A stretch of 30,586 nucleotides of DNA from a virus (taxonomy: Duplodnaviria > Caudoviricetes): the IMG/VR virus record IMGVR_UViG_3300037499_000079, positions 1 to 30,586 of that record, one strand, 5' to 3'. Numbering within the stretch: the first letter of the stretch is position 1; each line of letters starts with the position of its first letter. The notes under the pieces were generated by a model. That model was not told the DNA's origin. It was given only the letters and a program-made list of their open reading frames with translations, and searched no databases. The translations under genes were made by a program, and so were the position numbers. Shown in pieces: positions 9,222 to 17,914 of this stretch.

Positions 9222-9799
9222 GTGCCGGAGTCAGGGTCTTCGGCCCGAACCACGCCGAACTCCTCGCCTGCGGCGGCGTCGGGATCGACCAGCGCCACGA
9301 ACAGGAACTGCAGCCCCGCCGGCGTGCCCTTGAGATAGACGATCTCGGGAGCACCCTCGGTGTAGCAGCGCGGGATCTCGTACTGCGCCGAGAGCGTGTC
9401 GTCATAGGGCGACGTGCCCACGATCAGCAGAGCGGACTCCGGGATGCTGAAGCCGCGGTACAGGCCCATCACCCGCTCGCCGCCCGAGTCGGTCACGGTC
9501 TGCTGGCTGAGCGCCTGGGCGTAGGCCTCGAGGGTCAGGTCCCACAGCGTGAACTCGACCTCGCAGTCCTCTTCGGTGCGAGCCGCCTTGATCGGTCCGG
9601 TCGAGCCGGCCGGCCGAATGCGGTTGACGCTCTGTGGGTGCCGGACGGTGACGCCGTCCTCCCCGTAGGACTTGTTGCCGTTGACGCCGAGCTTCACCCA
9701 GCCGGCCCCCGGCGCCGCGCCGAGTGCAGGGAAGGCTGTCCCGACAGGGGCCCGCCACACGACCTCGGGCCCACCGATCACGATGCTTGAGGGTTCGAT
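9218..9799 (-). CDS. Major tail tube protein (start codon uncertain)
   Basis: C-terminal part of ORF 9218..10363: WRAPVGTAFP..GWVKLG..YGEDGVTV..VEFTLWDLTLE is typical of tail tube proteins; AAAGGA RBS at about 9812-9817, but the nearest in-frame codons are GTC/ATC and the first in-frame GTG is at 9781. Confidence 0.8.
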   Translation of the reverse strand: MEPSSIVIGGPEVVWRAPVGTAFPALGAAPGAGWVKLGVNGNKSYGEDGVTVRHPQSVNRIRPAGSTGPIKAARTEEDCEVEFTLWDLTLEAYAQALSQQTVTDSGGERVMGLYRGFSIPESALLIVGTSPYDDTLSAQYEIPRCYTEGAPEIVYLKGTPAGLQFLFVALVDPDAAAGEEFGVVRAEDPDSGT

Positions 9800-9825
9800 G
9801 ACAGCACCGTTTCCTTTCTGTGGCC

Positions 9826-10353
9826 CTAAGCCACGCTCACGTACTCCTCGGCGAAGCTCGCCGCGTAGATGCCGACCACGACGGGACAGTCCACGTCGGG
9901 GTCGACGAAGTTGATGGGGCCGCCCTCCACGGTCACGTCGTGGACGAGGGCGGTGCCGCCGGTCAGCGACGCCCGCACCCGCGACAGCGCCTTGAGGTAC
10001 TTCTCGGCGGTCAGCAGCACCTGCATGGCCTGGCTGTAGGTCGGCGCATAGCTGAGCAGGTCGAAGCGGGGTCGGCTCCACAGCGCCCGGCTGCTGTCTC
10101 CTCCCGACGGCACACGGCCAGATGGCGATACCAGCAGGAGCTTCACCGTGAGCGCCTTCAGGAGGGCCGCCCAGTCGTGGCCGATGTAGGTCGTGGCTGC
10201 CGCCCCGGTCTTCTTGCGCGGGTACTCGTAGGCGAAGATCGGCGCGCCCTCGGTCAGGCCCGTGATCGCCGTCTGTGGCAGCAGCAGCGTCGTCACGCTG
10301 GACTCGCCGAGCAGCACACGGCGGATGGCGTTGTAGGCATCGGGCTCGCTCAT
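9826..10353 (-). CDS. Putative tail terminator / tail completion protein
   Basis: Position just before the tail tube; RPRFDLLSYAPTYSQA..VEGGP..DPD pattern. Confidence 0.7.
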   Translation of the reverse strand: MSEPDAYNAIRRVLLGESSVTTLLLPQTAITGLTEGAPIFAYEYPRKKTGAAATTYIGHDWAALLKALTVKLLLVSPSGRVPSGGDSSRALWSRPRFDLLSYAPTYSQAMQVLLTAEKYLKALSRVRASLTGGTALVHDVTVEGGPINFVDPDVDCPVVVGIYAASFAEEYVSVA

Positions 10354-10718
10354 CCGATGCCACCCTTCAGGTACTCGACTTCGAGCCGTCCAGCGACGTC
10401 GGGGAAGTTCACATCGGCTGCGTTGCGGAGGGCCGAGCCGTTCTTGACCTCCAGGATCAGCAGGTGGAAGGCATCCCCCTCGCCACCGGTCACGTTTCCC
10501 CGGATCTGGCGCTTCTGGAGGCGCGCCGGGTTGGTGCCGATCGAGGCCTCAGCCGTGCCGGTCACGTTCTTCCAGCCGGGATGGTTGGCGCGGGCGTACT
10601 CGGCGGTGGCCTCGGTGGTGTGATCGATGGCCCGCTTCGAGGCGCCCTCCACGCGCTTCTCGAGCTTGTCGCCGAGCCAGTCAAGGTAGGACCGGCCGTA
10701 CCGCTTGCGCGCTGCCAT
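10350..10718 (-). CDS. HK97 gp10-like neck / tail completion protein
   Basis: Position; ARANHPGWKNVTGTAEASI..LILE..LRNAAD pattern. Confidence 0.65.
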   Translation of the reverse strand: MAARKRYGRSYLDWLGDKLEKRVEGASKRAIDHTTEATAEYARANHPGWKNVTGTAEASIGTNPARLQKRQIRGNVTGGEGDAFHLLILEVKNGSALRNAADVNFPDVAGRLEVEYLKGGIG

Positions 10719-10891
10719 CAGCGGTCCTCCGCATCGTCGCTGTCGACGCGATCGAGCAGGTGCTCCAGCCGCTCGGCATGGGGCGAGGCCATGACCCGCA
10801 TCTCATCACGCAGTTGATGCAGTTCCCACAAGAAGAGGCGGAAGCGGTCCAGATCACGGATACGAACCTCGACCACTGAGATGGCTGCCAT
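10718..10891 (-). CDS. Small hypothetical protein (57 aa)
   Basis: Hand translation MAAISVVEVRIRDLDRFRLFLWELHQLRDEMRVMASPHAERLEHLLDRVDSDDAEDR*; TGATG overlaps at both ends fill the gap exactly. Confidence 0.65.
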   Translation of the reverse strand: MAAISVVEVRIRDLDRFRLFLWELHQLRDEMRVMASPHAERLEHLLDRVDSDDAEDR

Positions 10892-11241
10892 CAGCTCGCT
10901 ACCCGGGTCAGGCTCAGCTGCAGGTGCGTGCGCTTGCGGAGCACCGTGTCGATGTGCAGCAGACCGGCCTCGATGACGGTCCCGCGACGATCCTTGACGC
11001 TCGCGATGCGGTCCTGCTCGGTGACGTCGGCGCTGAGCGGGACCATCAGGCGCAGGTCAGTGATGACCGCGGTCTTCTCCTCGGTGACGGCCTCCTTCTC
11101 GGTGGATCCGTACAGCCAGCAGGCGAGGGCGGCGAGGTGCGTAGCCCAGGCGCCCGACGTCGGGTTGCCCGAGTCATCCGAGGCGCCGGGCGTGTAGCGC
11201 TCGATCAGTGCGCGCTGCGTCATCCGGCTGCGGGAGCTCAT
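10891..11241 (-). CDS. Head closure / head-tail adaptor (SPP1 gp16-like)
   Basis: DDSGNP..W..LMVPLSADVTEQDRI..HLQLSL pattern and position. Confidence 0.8.
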   Translation of the reverse strand: MSSRSRMTQRALIERYTPGASDDSGNPTSGAWATHLAALACWLYGSTEKEAVTEEKTAVITDLRLMVPLSADVTEQDRIASVKDRRGTVIEAGLLHIDTVLRKRTHLQLSLTRVAS

Positions 11242-11798
11242 GCGAAGCTGATCCCGGCCGGCACCAGCTCGGCGATGAGGGCGTTGCGCTGATCCTGGTA
11301 GCCCTCCTGGCCGCCGCTGCGAGCGCCCATCGACTCCTCGGCGTAGTCGCCATCGCGGCGCGAATCGAGCCCGGAGAACTCGAGCGCCAGCTTGACCAGG
11401 TCGATCACCACCCGGTCGTAGCGATCGCTGGCCGGCGCGGCGTCGTAGGTGATCTGCAGCAGCCCGCCCCAGCCAACGCGGTACCCGGCCGAGAGGCGCT
11501 CCAGGAAGACCCCGCCAGACCGCAGCCGGTAGCCGTCGTCGTCCTCGTCGAGGGTGACGTCGGCCTCGATCACCTCGAGGATCACGCTGGCCGGCGGGTC
11601 GAGCGTGATGAGGGTCTGGCCGGTGCCGACCGCGTTGAGGAGGACATCGGTCTGCGGCCCGAGCCCGCGCGCGGCGATCTCGCCGACTGATCCCCGCGCG
11701 TAGGCCGCCAGGTCCGCATCAGACAGGTCCGTCTCGACGCCGCGGGCGCGGACGGCTGCGGCGACGGTTGCGTCGGAGGCGGTCCAGTCGATGCTCAT
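11238..11798 (-). CDS. Head-tail connector protein
   Basis: First structural gene after the capsid/GT block; LQITY..VVIDLVKLALE..SRRDGDYAE ending typical of connector proteins. Confidence 0.7.
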   Translation of the reverse strand: MSIDWTASDATVAAAVRARGVETDLSDADLAAYARGSVGEIAARGLGPQTDVLLNAVGTGQTLITLDPPASVILEVIEADVTLDEDDDGYRLRSGGVFLERLSAGYRVGWGGLLQITYDAAPASDRYDRVVIDLVKLALEFSGLDSRRDGDYAEESMGARSGGQEGYQDQRNALIAELVPAGISFA

Positions 11799-12787
11799 GC
11801 CACCGCCTCGACCGGCTGCACGGAGCCGATGGTGCGCTGGTAGAGGTCCACCAGCCGCTCGAGCGCTGGCAGCTGCCCGTGGAAGCGCGCGACGTGCTCC
11901 ATGCCGCGCAGCGCGTACTCGGCCCGCAGATCGGCGCTCTTCACCAGCTCACGCAGCGCGCCCAGCAGTGCCGCCTGGCTGGTCTCGTAGAAGGGGATGG
12001 TGCCCCACTCGCCGACCATCCGATCGCGAGTGGAGGCAGGGATCGGATGATTGACCGCCGCGGCCCACTGCGGGTCGATCCCGGCTACGACCGGCAGGCC
12101 CATGCCCCAGGCCTCGATCGCGTTGCAGCCGTAGCCCAGCAGCAGCTGGTCGACGTAGATGTCGGCGCTGGCCTTGCGCCGCAGGCATTCGGCCCAGGTG
12201 ACGCGCTCGATCAGGTCGAGATGCACCGGCAGGCCTTCGTCCTGGAGCGTGTTGACCGCGGCGATCAGGGCGTCGGTGCCCTTCAGGGTGCGCATCGTCG
12301 GCGCGTGCGAGATCCGGACCCTGCCGTCATCTGGCCGACGGTGAGCTCGCCGCAGTGCGGCCAGCTGGTCGAGGTCGAAGGCGGTCGGCAGCCAGGTGAT
12401 GACGTCCGGCGCGATCTCCACCAGGTCGATCGTGCTGGCAGCCTGCGCCCACCCTCCGCTGGCAGCCCGGGTCAGGAGGCGCTGCGGATCGGTCCTGAAG
12501 GCCGAGCCGTGGTGGTGCAGAAGGGTCGGCTTGGCGCCCGCATCCGAGAAGAGGTCATGACCCTGCGTGCGGTTGTTGAGGTGGATGACGTCCGCCTCGG
12601 CCCACAGGCGCCGGATCGCGCCGGCGTTGTTGGCGTACAGGATGTCCACCGGCAGGTGCTTGAAGGAGTGCGTGCTTCGCGTGACGGCCCGGATCGACGC
12701 GCCACCGTGCCGATCGGCGGCCGCCTTGTAGCGGTAGGCCTCTCCGTTCGGGTCGGCCCCCATCGAGAAGATCAGCGAGTGGATCAC
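11795..12787 (-). CDS. Glycosyltransferase, GT-B fold (GT4-like)
   Basis: ISHAPT..KGTDALIAAV..ADIYVDQLLLGYGCNAIEAWGMGLPVVA nucleotide-sugar-binding signature. Confidence 0.85.
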   Translation of the reverse strand: MIHSLIFSMGADPNGEAYRYKAAADRHGGASIRAVTRSTHSFKHLPVDILYANNAGAIRRLWAEADVIHLNNRTQGHDLFSDAGAKPTLLHHHGSAFRTDPQRLLTRAASGGWAQAASTIDLVEIAPDVITWLPTAFDLDQLAALRRAHRRPDDGRVRISHAPTMRTLKGTDALIAAVNTLQDEGLPVHLDLIERVTWAECLRRKASADIYVDQLLLGYGCNAIEAWGMGLPVVAGIDPQWAAAVNHPIPASTRDRMVGEWGTIPFYETSQAALLGALRELVKSADLRAEYALRGMEHVARFHGQLPALERLVDLYQRTIGSVQPVEAVA

Positions 12788-13497
12788 TGGATCGCCACCC
12801 GTGCCGCCTCGACCAGCGCCGGCGCGTAGTGCTCGGCCAGCTGCTGCCAGGGGTCGCGATGCTCCTCAACGCCCCAGTAGTACCAGAGCTTCGCGTAGGT
12901 GGTCAGGTGCGGATCCCCGCGGAAGCTGACGTGCTGGAAGCGGTTGAGGTCACGCAGCTCCCAGACCACCTCGCCGGCCAGGCCGTTGACGGTCGAGCGG
13001 TCGATGTTGCGGTTGATGAGGTCCTTGGCCGGCCGGAAGCCGGAGCGCTCCAGGCGGGATCGGGGGATCGTGTAGGGGCCGCCACCGTGGTTCGGCTTGA
13101 TCTCCAGGTGTGCAAGCCGGTCGCGCGTCACGGTGCACAGGTAGGTCGAGGTGCGCACCGCGCCATCGGTGGGCAAGGGCGCGAAGTAGTCCGCCTGGAC
13201 CCAGGAGTCGGAGCCGACTGGCACGACCCAGTCGGCTCCATGCGCTCCGGCGTACTGCATGCCGTCGTTGAAGCGGCGCGCCAGCCACTCGTTGTTCTGC
13301 TCGAGCGTATCGAAGCCGGCCGCCCGCGCCAGTTCGAGGTTCTCGTCGTCAGCCACGACGACGCAGTGGGCCTCGATGTCCATGGTGGCGAGCTCGACCA
13401 TCACCTGGCGGCGCTGCTCGAAGCACACGGCAGATAGGGCGAATCGTCGCCACGCCGGGGTGACGAACCACAACTGGGTGACGGCCCGCTTCGCCAC
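12784..13497 (-). CDS. Glycosyltransferase-like protein, GT-A fold (GT2-like)
   Basis: FVTPAWRR..VVVADD..LARRFNDGM..ADWVVPVGSDSW follows the GT2 N-terminal pattern with a GSD variant of DxD. Confidence 0.7.
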   Translation of the reverse strand: MAKRAVTQLWFVTPAWRRFALSAVCFEQRRQVMVELATMDIEAHCVVVADDENLELARAAGFDTLEQNNEWLARRFNDGMQYAGAHGADWVVPVGSDSWVQADYFAPLPTDGAVRTSTYLCTVTRDRLAHLEIKPNHGGGPYTIPRSRLERSGFRPAKDLINRNIDRSTVNGLAGEVVWELRDLNRFQHVSFRGDPHLTTYAKLWYYWGVEEHRDPWQQLAEHYAPALVEAARVAIQ

Positions 13498-13502
13498 ACT
13501 GC

Positions 13503-13754
13503 TCAGCTCTTCGAGCCCTTGGTGGCACGCGCCTCGGCAGCCGCGGCCGGATCGGCCACGACCTTGATGTTCTTGCCCTTGTAGCCAGCTACGCCACGCT
13601 CGGGACGGACGCGCTGCTTCGGCAGGAAGATCGGCCCCTTGGTGTCAGTCACTGCGGTACCTCTTTCGGTGGGTGCGCTGATAGGTGGGTAGACCAGCTC
13701 GGTGTGCCCGCACGCCATCTCAGGCGCCGAGCACACCGGGCAGGTCAGGGTCAT
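13503..13754 (-). CDS. Small protein with N-terminal CxxC-x6-CxH motif
   Basis: 83 aa directly after the capsid gene, MTLTCPVCSAPEMACGH; an internal GTG start (VTDTK) after GAGGT is also possible. Confidence 0.55.
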   Translation of the reverse strand: MTLTCPVCSAPEMACGHTELVYPPISAPTERGTAVTDTKGPIFLPKQRVRPERGVAGYKGKNIKVVADPAAAAEARATKGSKS

Positions 13755-13765
13755 CTCGGCTCAGC

Positions 13766-15082
13766 TCAGGTGCTGGCGGGAGCCCATTCGCTCAAGGTGA
13801 TCTCGACAAACGCGGCCGGGAAGTAGATCGGGAAGGCGACCCGCTTCTCGAACAGGACCACCGCCAGGTTGCGGATGAAGAAGTCCGAGTGCTGCTCCGC
13901 GACCCGGATGGTCAGGGGCTCGCGATCAAAGATCGTGGCTCCTGCCCGTCCGCCGACCAGGGCCGTGCCCTCGCTCATCGCCTCGGACTCGACCCGTGGC
14001 AGCCGCCAGATGGGAGGCGAGTCCGGTCCACCGGTGGCGAACGGATCGCCGGCCCGGTAGCGGCCCTCGTTGTCCTTCAGGAAGTCGAACTCCTCGGAGT
14101 CGACCGGATGGACGATGACGAAGGTCGGCGGGATGCGGCCCGTGCCGGTGCGCGCCAAGCGCCGTGCCGTCCGCACGCCCTCCAGGTTGGCGAGATCGCC
14201 AAGCCCGGTGAGGTTGAGCGTCTGGAGCCCAGTGTTGCCGTCGTCGAGGATCCCGATCAGGTCCGGCGCGGTGCCATCCCCGTTGAGGAACTGGTCCTCT
14301 TCCTCGAGGGCCAGCATCAGCGCGCCCTGGTTGTCGATCAGGGCCCGGATCTGCGACACGTCAGACAGCGCCTGACGGGTGACCGCCATCCAGGTCGCGA
14401 TCCAGGTGGCGCGCGCGGTGCGCTCCTCCAGGCGGATGCTGGACTGCGGCTTGGCGCCGTCGCTGGCGCTGGTGGCCTGCGCGACCGCGGCCGCCGCGTT
14501 GTCGAAGCCGACCTGCGCGACGTACTCGATCGTGTCACCCGACGGCATGTTCTCGTTGGCGAACAGGTCGCGGACGGTCAGCGGCCGCTGGGCGAGTGCC
14601 AGGATCCCAGGCAGGCGGAAGTTGGGCACCACCTCGGACCCGCCCGAGCCGGTGTGCACGATGTCGGTGGCAGCGGCTCCGAAGCGGACGCCACGACTCC
14701 CGACCACGACCGGGCTCATGCTGAGCTTGCTGCCAGGGGTGAGCAGCCCGGGGCTGTCGATCAGCGCCTTGTACTCGGCCGAATCGACGAACTGCTCGCC
14801 GGCCGACTTGCGGGACTTGGCGTCGATCTCAGTGCTGGCGAACTGCATCGGCTCGCCGGTCAGCTTGCCGCTGTAGTACTGCCACGCCTGCTCGGCGGTG
14901 GAGACGTTGCCCTCGGTCTTCTCGGCCGCCGCACGCTTCGCGTCCAGCTCGGTGAACTCCGCCATGGCGGCGTCGAACGCGACCTGGTTCTCTGCGGTCG
15001 GCAGCCCGCCGTCCTCGGTGAGGTTGCGGGCCTCGGTCAGCTTGGCGAGCGCCTGCTCGCGGTACTCGATGGACTTGTTCAT
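13766..15082 (-). CDS. Major capsid protein (HK97 fold)
   Basis: 438 aa; N-terminal coiled-coil delta-like domain; EEDQFLNGDG..GIL, VHPVD and FIRNLAVVLFEKRVAF..PAAFV motifs. Confidence 0.95.
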   Translation of the reverse strand: MNKSIEYREQALAKLTEARNLTEDGGLPTAENQVAFDAAMAEFTELDAKRAAAEKTEGNVSTAEQAWQYYSGKLTGEPMQFASTEIDAKSRKSAGEQFVDSAEYKALIDSPGLLTPGSKLSMSPVVVGSRGVRFGAAATDIVHTGSGGSEVVPNFRLPGILALAQRPLTVRDLFANENMPSGDTIEYVAQVGFDNAAAAVAQATSASDGAKPQSSIRLEERTARATWIATWMAVTRQALSDVSQIRALIDNQGALMLALEEEDQFLNGDGTAPDLIGILDDGNTGLQTLNLTGLGDLANLEGVRTARRLARTGTGRIPPTFVIVHPVDSEEFDFLKDNEGRYRAGDPFATGGPDSPPIWRLPRVESEAMSEGTALVGGRAGATIFDREPLTIRVAEQHSDFFIRNLAVVLFEKRVAFPIYFPAAFVEITLSEWAPAST

Positions 15083-16347
15083 GACGGAGATACCTCTCTC
15101 GGTGCCAGCGCGTAGCTGCCGCGGGCCGCCGCCTCGAGCACGTCGAAGCGGGCATGTCCGCGCCAGTCGGCGCTAACGGGGGGATCGGCCTCCTCCGGCT
15201 GGTCCGTGTCGAGGTCCGTGTCAACGGTGCCGCCTGTGCCGATGCCCACCAGCGGAGAGGGGTCATCGGGAAGGGGCTGCTTGAGCGCCTCCAGGCGCTC
15301 CTCGATTTGGGCGGAGAGGGGTCGTCCCTCCTTCGCCCGTAGGCGCTCACGCTCTGCGTAGTGCGCTGCGATGCGGTCACGCTCCGATGTCCAGAGCGCC
15401 GCCTGTTCATGAATGGGGAGGGTTGCCATCAGGACGCCGATGGCCCGTGGTGCGTCGGCGGCCGAGAGAGCGCCAACGCCGAACGGCGCATTGATCTTGC
15501 CGACCATGCGGCCGACCGCCTCGTCGAGCGTCTCGACGCGATCGACGAGTCCTGCGGCCTGCGCCTTCTTGGCGGTGAAGGCCGATGCCTTCCAGTTGCC
15601 GGTGACCTGCGTGGCCTTGACGCCCCGGGCCGCGGCCACGTCGCCGACGAACAGGCCGTAGTAGTCATCGGCCATGGCCTGCAGCTCGGCCCGCGCCTCA
15701 TCGGTCAGCGGCTCGTGCTCGTTGCCGTTTGCCTTGCCCTCGCCGGCGGTGATAAGGGTGACCTTCTCGCCGAGCATCTCGTCCTGGGCCGAGACATCGA
15801 CGTGCATGCCGATCACGCCGATCGAGCCCACGATGGCGGATGGGGAGGCGATGACTTCGTCGACCTGGCTGGACAGCCAGTAGGCGGCGCTGGCCATGGT
15901 CGGGTTGGCGACGGCCGCCATCGGCTTCTGGCCGCGGGCAGCACGGATCTCGTTGGCCAGCTCGGTGATGCCCTCGACCGACCCGCCAGGCGAGTCGACG
16001 TCGAAGAGGATGGCGCCGACCTCGGGATCAGCCAGCGCGTCGCGGAACTGGCTGGTCAGCTGATCGACGCTGGTGCCGCCGCTCATGGCGCTCATCAGGT
16101 CCATGCGCTTGCTGATGACGCCGTACATCGGGATGACCGCCACGCCCTGGGCGCGGAGCCCGCCGCGGCGAGGGCCATTGGCGGCCGCTGCCACGCGCTG
16201 ATCGATCTCGTCTGAGGTGAAGGCTGAGCCGGCGGCGCGCAGGCGCACGATCTCCTCGATCACGGCCAGCATGGCCGGCTGCAGAGCCCACGGGCGCTCG
16301 TAGACCGCCTTGGTGATCTGCGTGTATCGCTTGACCGCGTCGGACAT
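15079..16347 (-). CDS. Prohead protease, S49/SppA-like, with C-terminal extension
   Basis: DVDSPGGSV, MASAAYWLSSQ and VGSIGV motifs; directly upstream of the capsid gene. Confidence 0.92.
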   Translation of the reverse strand: MSDAVKRYTQITKAVYERPWALQPAMLAVIEEIVRLRAAGSAFTSDEIDQRVAAAANGPRRGGLRAQGVAVIPMYGVISKRMDLMSAMSGGTSVDQLTSQFRDALADPEVGAILFDVDSPGGSVEGITELANEIRAARGQKPMAAVANPTMASAAYWLSSQVDEVIASPSAIVGSIGVIGMHVDVSAQDEMLGEKVTLITAGEGKANGNEHEPLTDEARAELQAMADDYYGLFVGDVAAARGVKATQVTGNWKASAFTAKKAQAAGLVDRVETLDEAVGRMVGKINAPFGVGALSAADAPRAIGVLMATLPIHEQAALWTSERDRIAAHYAERERLRAKEGRPLSAQIEERLEALKQPLPDDPSPLVGIGTGGTVDTDLDTDQPEEADPPVSADWRGHARFDVLEAAARGSYALAPREVSPS

Positions 16348-16348
16348 G

Positions 16349-16384
16349 AAAGAACCTCCAAGCCAAGGGGCTCGAAGGTCCTCT
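16349..16384 (-). promoter_or_regulatory. 16-bp RNA hairpin sequestering the protease ribosome-binding site
   Basis: Minus-strand AGAGGACCUUCGAGCC-CCUU-GGCUUGGAGGUUCUUU pairs at all 16 positions (4 G-U); the 3' arm contains the GGAGG SD and ends 1 nt before the ATG. Confidence 0.7.
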
Positions 16385-16459
16385 ATTCGTTCGCGGACTA
16401 CCGCTCGGTGGCGATTCTGCCGCTTCGTCTTCTGTTGCGGGACACTCTACTCCAGCCTG

Positions 16460-17896
16460 TCAATCCGCGACGCGGATGATCGCCCCCTGGATCGCCGGCT
16501 GCTGGATGCTCCCTCCACCGTCGGAACCGGACGAGCCTCCACTCACAGCAGGGGCGATGGAGCCGGCGACGAGCTGGTGGACGATGCTCGTGGTGGCGGG
16601 CAGTGCACCTACCGCTGGGACCGGTACCCCCAGGGTGAGCGCGATTGGCCCCGGAGTCAACGCCAAGAGGAGGCTCAAGGACGTGGGCGTCACTGACAGG
16701 GTGAGGACGACCGGGGTGGGGGTGAATGTGATCGCTCCCTGGGACTCCACCGTCGCATCCATGACGACGGTGAGTGCCGGCACTGGATCAGGATTGAAGG
16801 CCAGCATCATGGCCAACGCGGATGCCGGCACACTCAGGACGACTGGAACCGGCTCGGGCGCCAACGCGACCGAGGTCTCGAGCGCTGGCCCGGGGACGCC
16901 GAGGACCACCGCCACCGGGTCCGGCGTGAGAGTGGTCGGCCCGCCTTCGACATCGACGACAGAGTCGGGAACACTCGTCAGCGCCTGAACTGGAGTGGGC
17001 GCGAAGGCGATCGTCAGGCCAAGGACTGGCTCTGGGATCGCCAGCGTCGCTGCCAGCGGGTCGGGCTCCAGCGAGAGTGTCGTCTCGATCGAAGGCGCTG
17101 GAACCGATGGAATGGTGGCGATCGGGTCGGGACTGATGGCAAGGATAAGAGCAAGCGTTGGGCTCGAAACTGCCAACGTGGTACTCACGGGATCCGGCGT
17201 GAGAGAGAGTGGCGTGGCAAAGGTGGGAGCTGGAACGGTAACGATCGTGGCGACAGGATCGGGCATGAGTACCTGGTCGGCCAGCAGCGATGAGGCTGGA
17301 ACGATGGTTACGGCTGCCACCGGATCAGGGGCGAGGGCTAACGGAGTCGCCAGTGTGGGACCCGGGATCGTCGGTGAGACGACCACCGGATCTGGCGTCA
17401 GCGTCGTGGCTGGCGGTGCTGCGTCCGGCACTTCCAGTTCGGCCCACGACATCGCCCCACCGCGCCGGTTGGCAGGGCTACCACCGGAAGCCGAGTTGGT
17501 GACCCTAATCCGCAGGTCGGTGTAGTCGCTGATCGCCCCGGCCTCAGCGCCACTCAGGGTGTAGTCGGTTTGGGTCCAGGAGTCGGGGGCGGTGACGGCG
17601 CTGACCGCAGTGGCGATCAGGGTCGTGCCCTGGAACAGCTCGACCGTCTGGGTCAGGGCGTTGCCGCCGGTGCCGGGGTAGACCCCGCCGTCCACCTTGG
17701 CCAGCCGCACGCGGACGACGTGCCCGGTCGTGACGCCGGGGTCAGTTACGTTGCCGAGGCTGACCTCCAGCACGTCGGCTGCGTTGTCGTCGCCCCACCA
17801 GTAGTCGGCATCGGAAGCGGTGGCCTCGTCGATATCGGCGAAGCCGCCATTGCCGTTGTTACTGACGTCGGCGTCAGGACGCGCGAACTGGGCCAC
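16460..17896 (-). CDS. Putative head fibre/decoration protein: N-terminal beta-sandwich plus about 12 Pro/Thr-rich repeats of ~22 aa
   Basis: GGAGG RBS before GTG; repeats of LxPDPV..(V/I)P..(L); located between portal and protease. Confidence 0.7.
   Translation of the reverse strand: MAQFARPDADVSNNGNGGFADIDEATASDADYWWGDDNAADVLEVSLGNVTDPGVTTGHVVRVRLAKVDGGVYPGTGGNALTQTVELFQGTTLIATAVSAVTAPDSWTQTDYTLSGAEAGAISDYTDLRIRVTNSASGGSPANRRGGAMSWAELEVPDAAPPATTLTPDPVVVSPTIPGPTLATPLALAPDPVAAVTIVPASSLLADQVLMPDPVATIVTVPAPTFATPLSLTPDPVSTTLAVSSPTLALILAISPDPIATIPSVPAPSIETTLSLEPDPLAATLAIPEPVLGLTIAFAPTPVQALTSVPDSVVDVEGGPTTLTPDPVAVVLGVPGPALETSVALAPEPVPVVLSVPASALAMMLAFNPDPVPALTVVMDATVESQGAITFTPTPVVLTLSVTPTSLSLLLALTPGPIALTLGVPVPAVGALPATTSIVHQLVAGSIAPAVSGGSSGSDGGGSIQQPAIQGAIIRVAD
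16598..17407 (-). repeat. Degenerate coding tandem repeat (about 66 bp, 12 units)
   Basis: LTPDPV, LAPDPV, LMPDPV, LTPDPV, ISPDPI, LEPDPL, FAPTPV, LTPDPV, LAPEPV, FNPDPV, FTPTPV, LTPGPI at 22-25 aa spacing. Confidence 0.85.
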
Positions 17897-17914
17897 GGGA
17901 TCCTCCGCCGGGGG

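Noticed and set aside
9800-10363. N-terminal extensions in the ORF track (9218..10363, 17915..18889, 22682..23698, 23233..24564, 25333..26313, 28183..28926)
   Set aside because: The extensions overlap upstream genes in another frame; RBS or stop/start coupling supports the shorter starts given in the features.
16458-16463. Minus-strand TTGACA as the -35 of a sigma70 promoter
   Set aside because: It lies only 8 bp from the TAGAGT element, far from the 16-18 bp spacing, and overlaps a stop codon.
16598-17407. CRISPR array or DGR template/variable repeat
   Set aside because: The repeats are conserved at protein level only, with no identical DNA repeats, spacers, adenine-specific variation, cas or reverse transcriptase gene.
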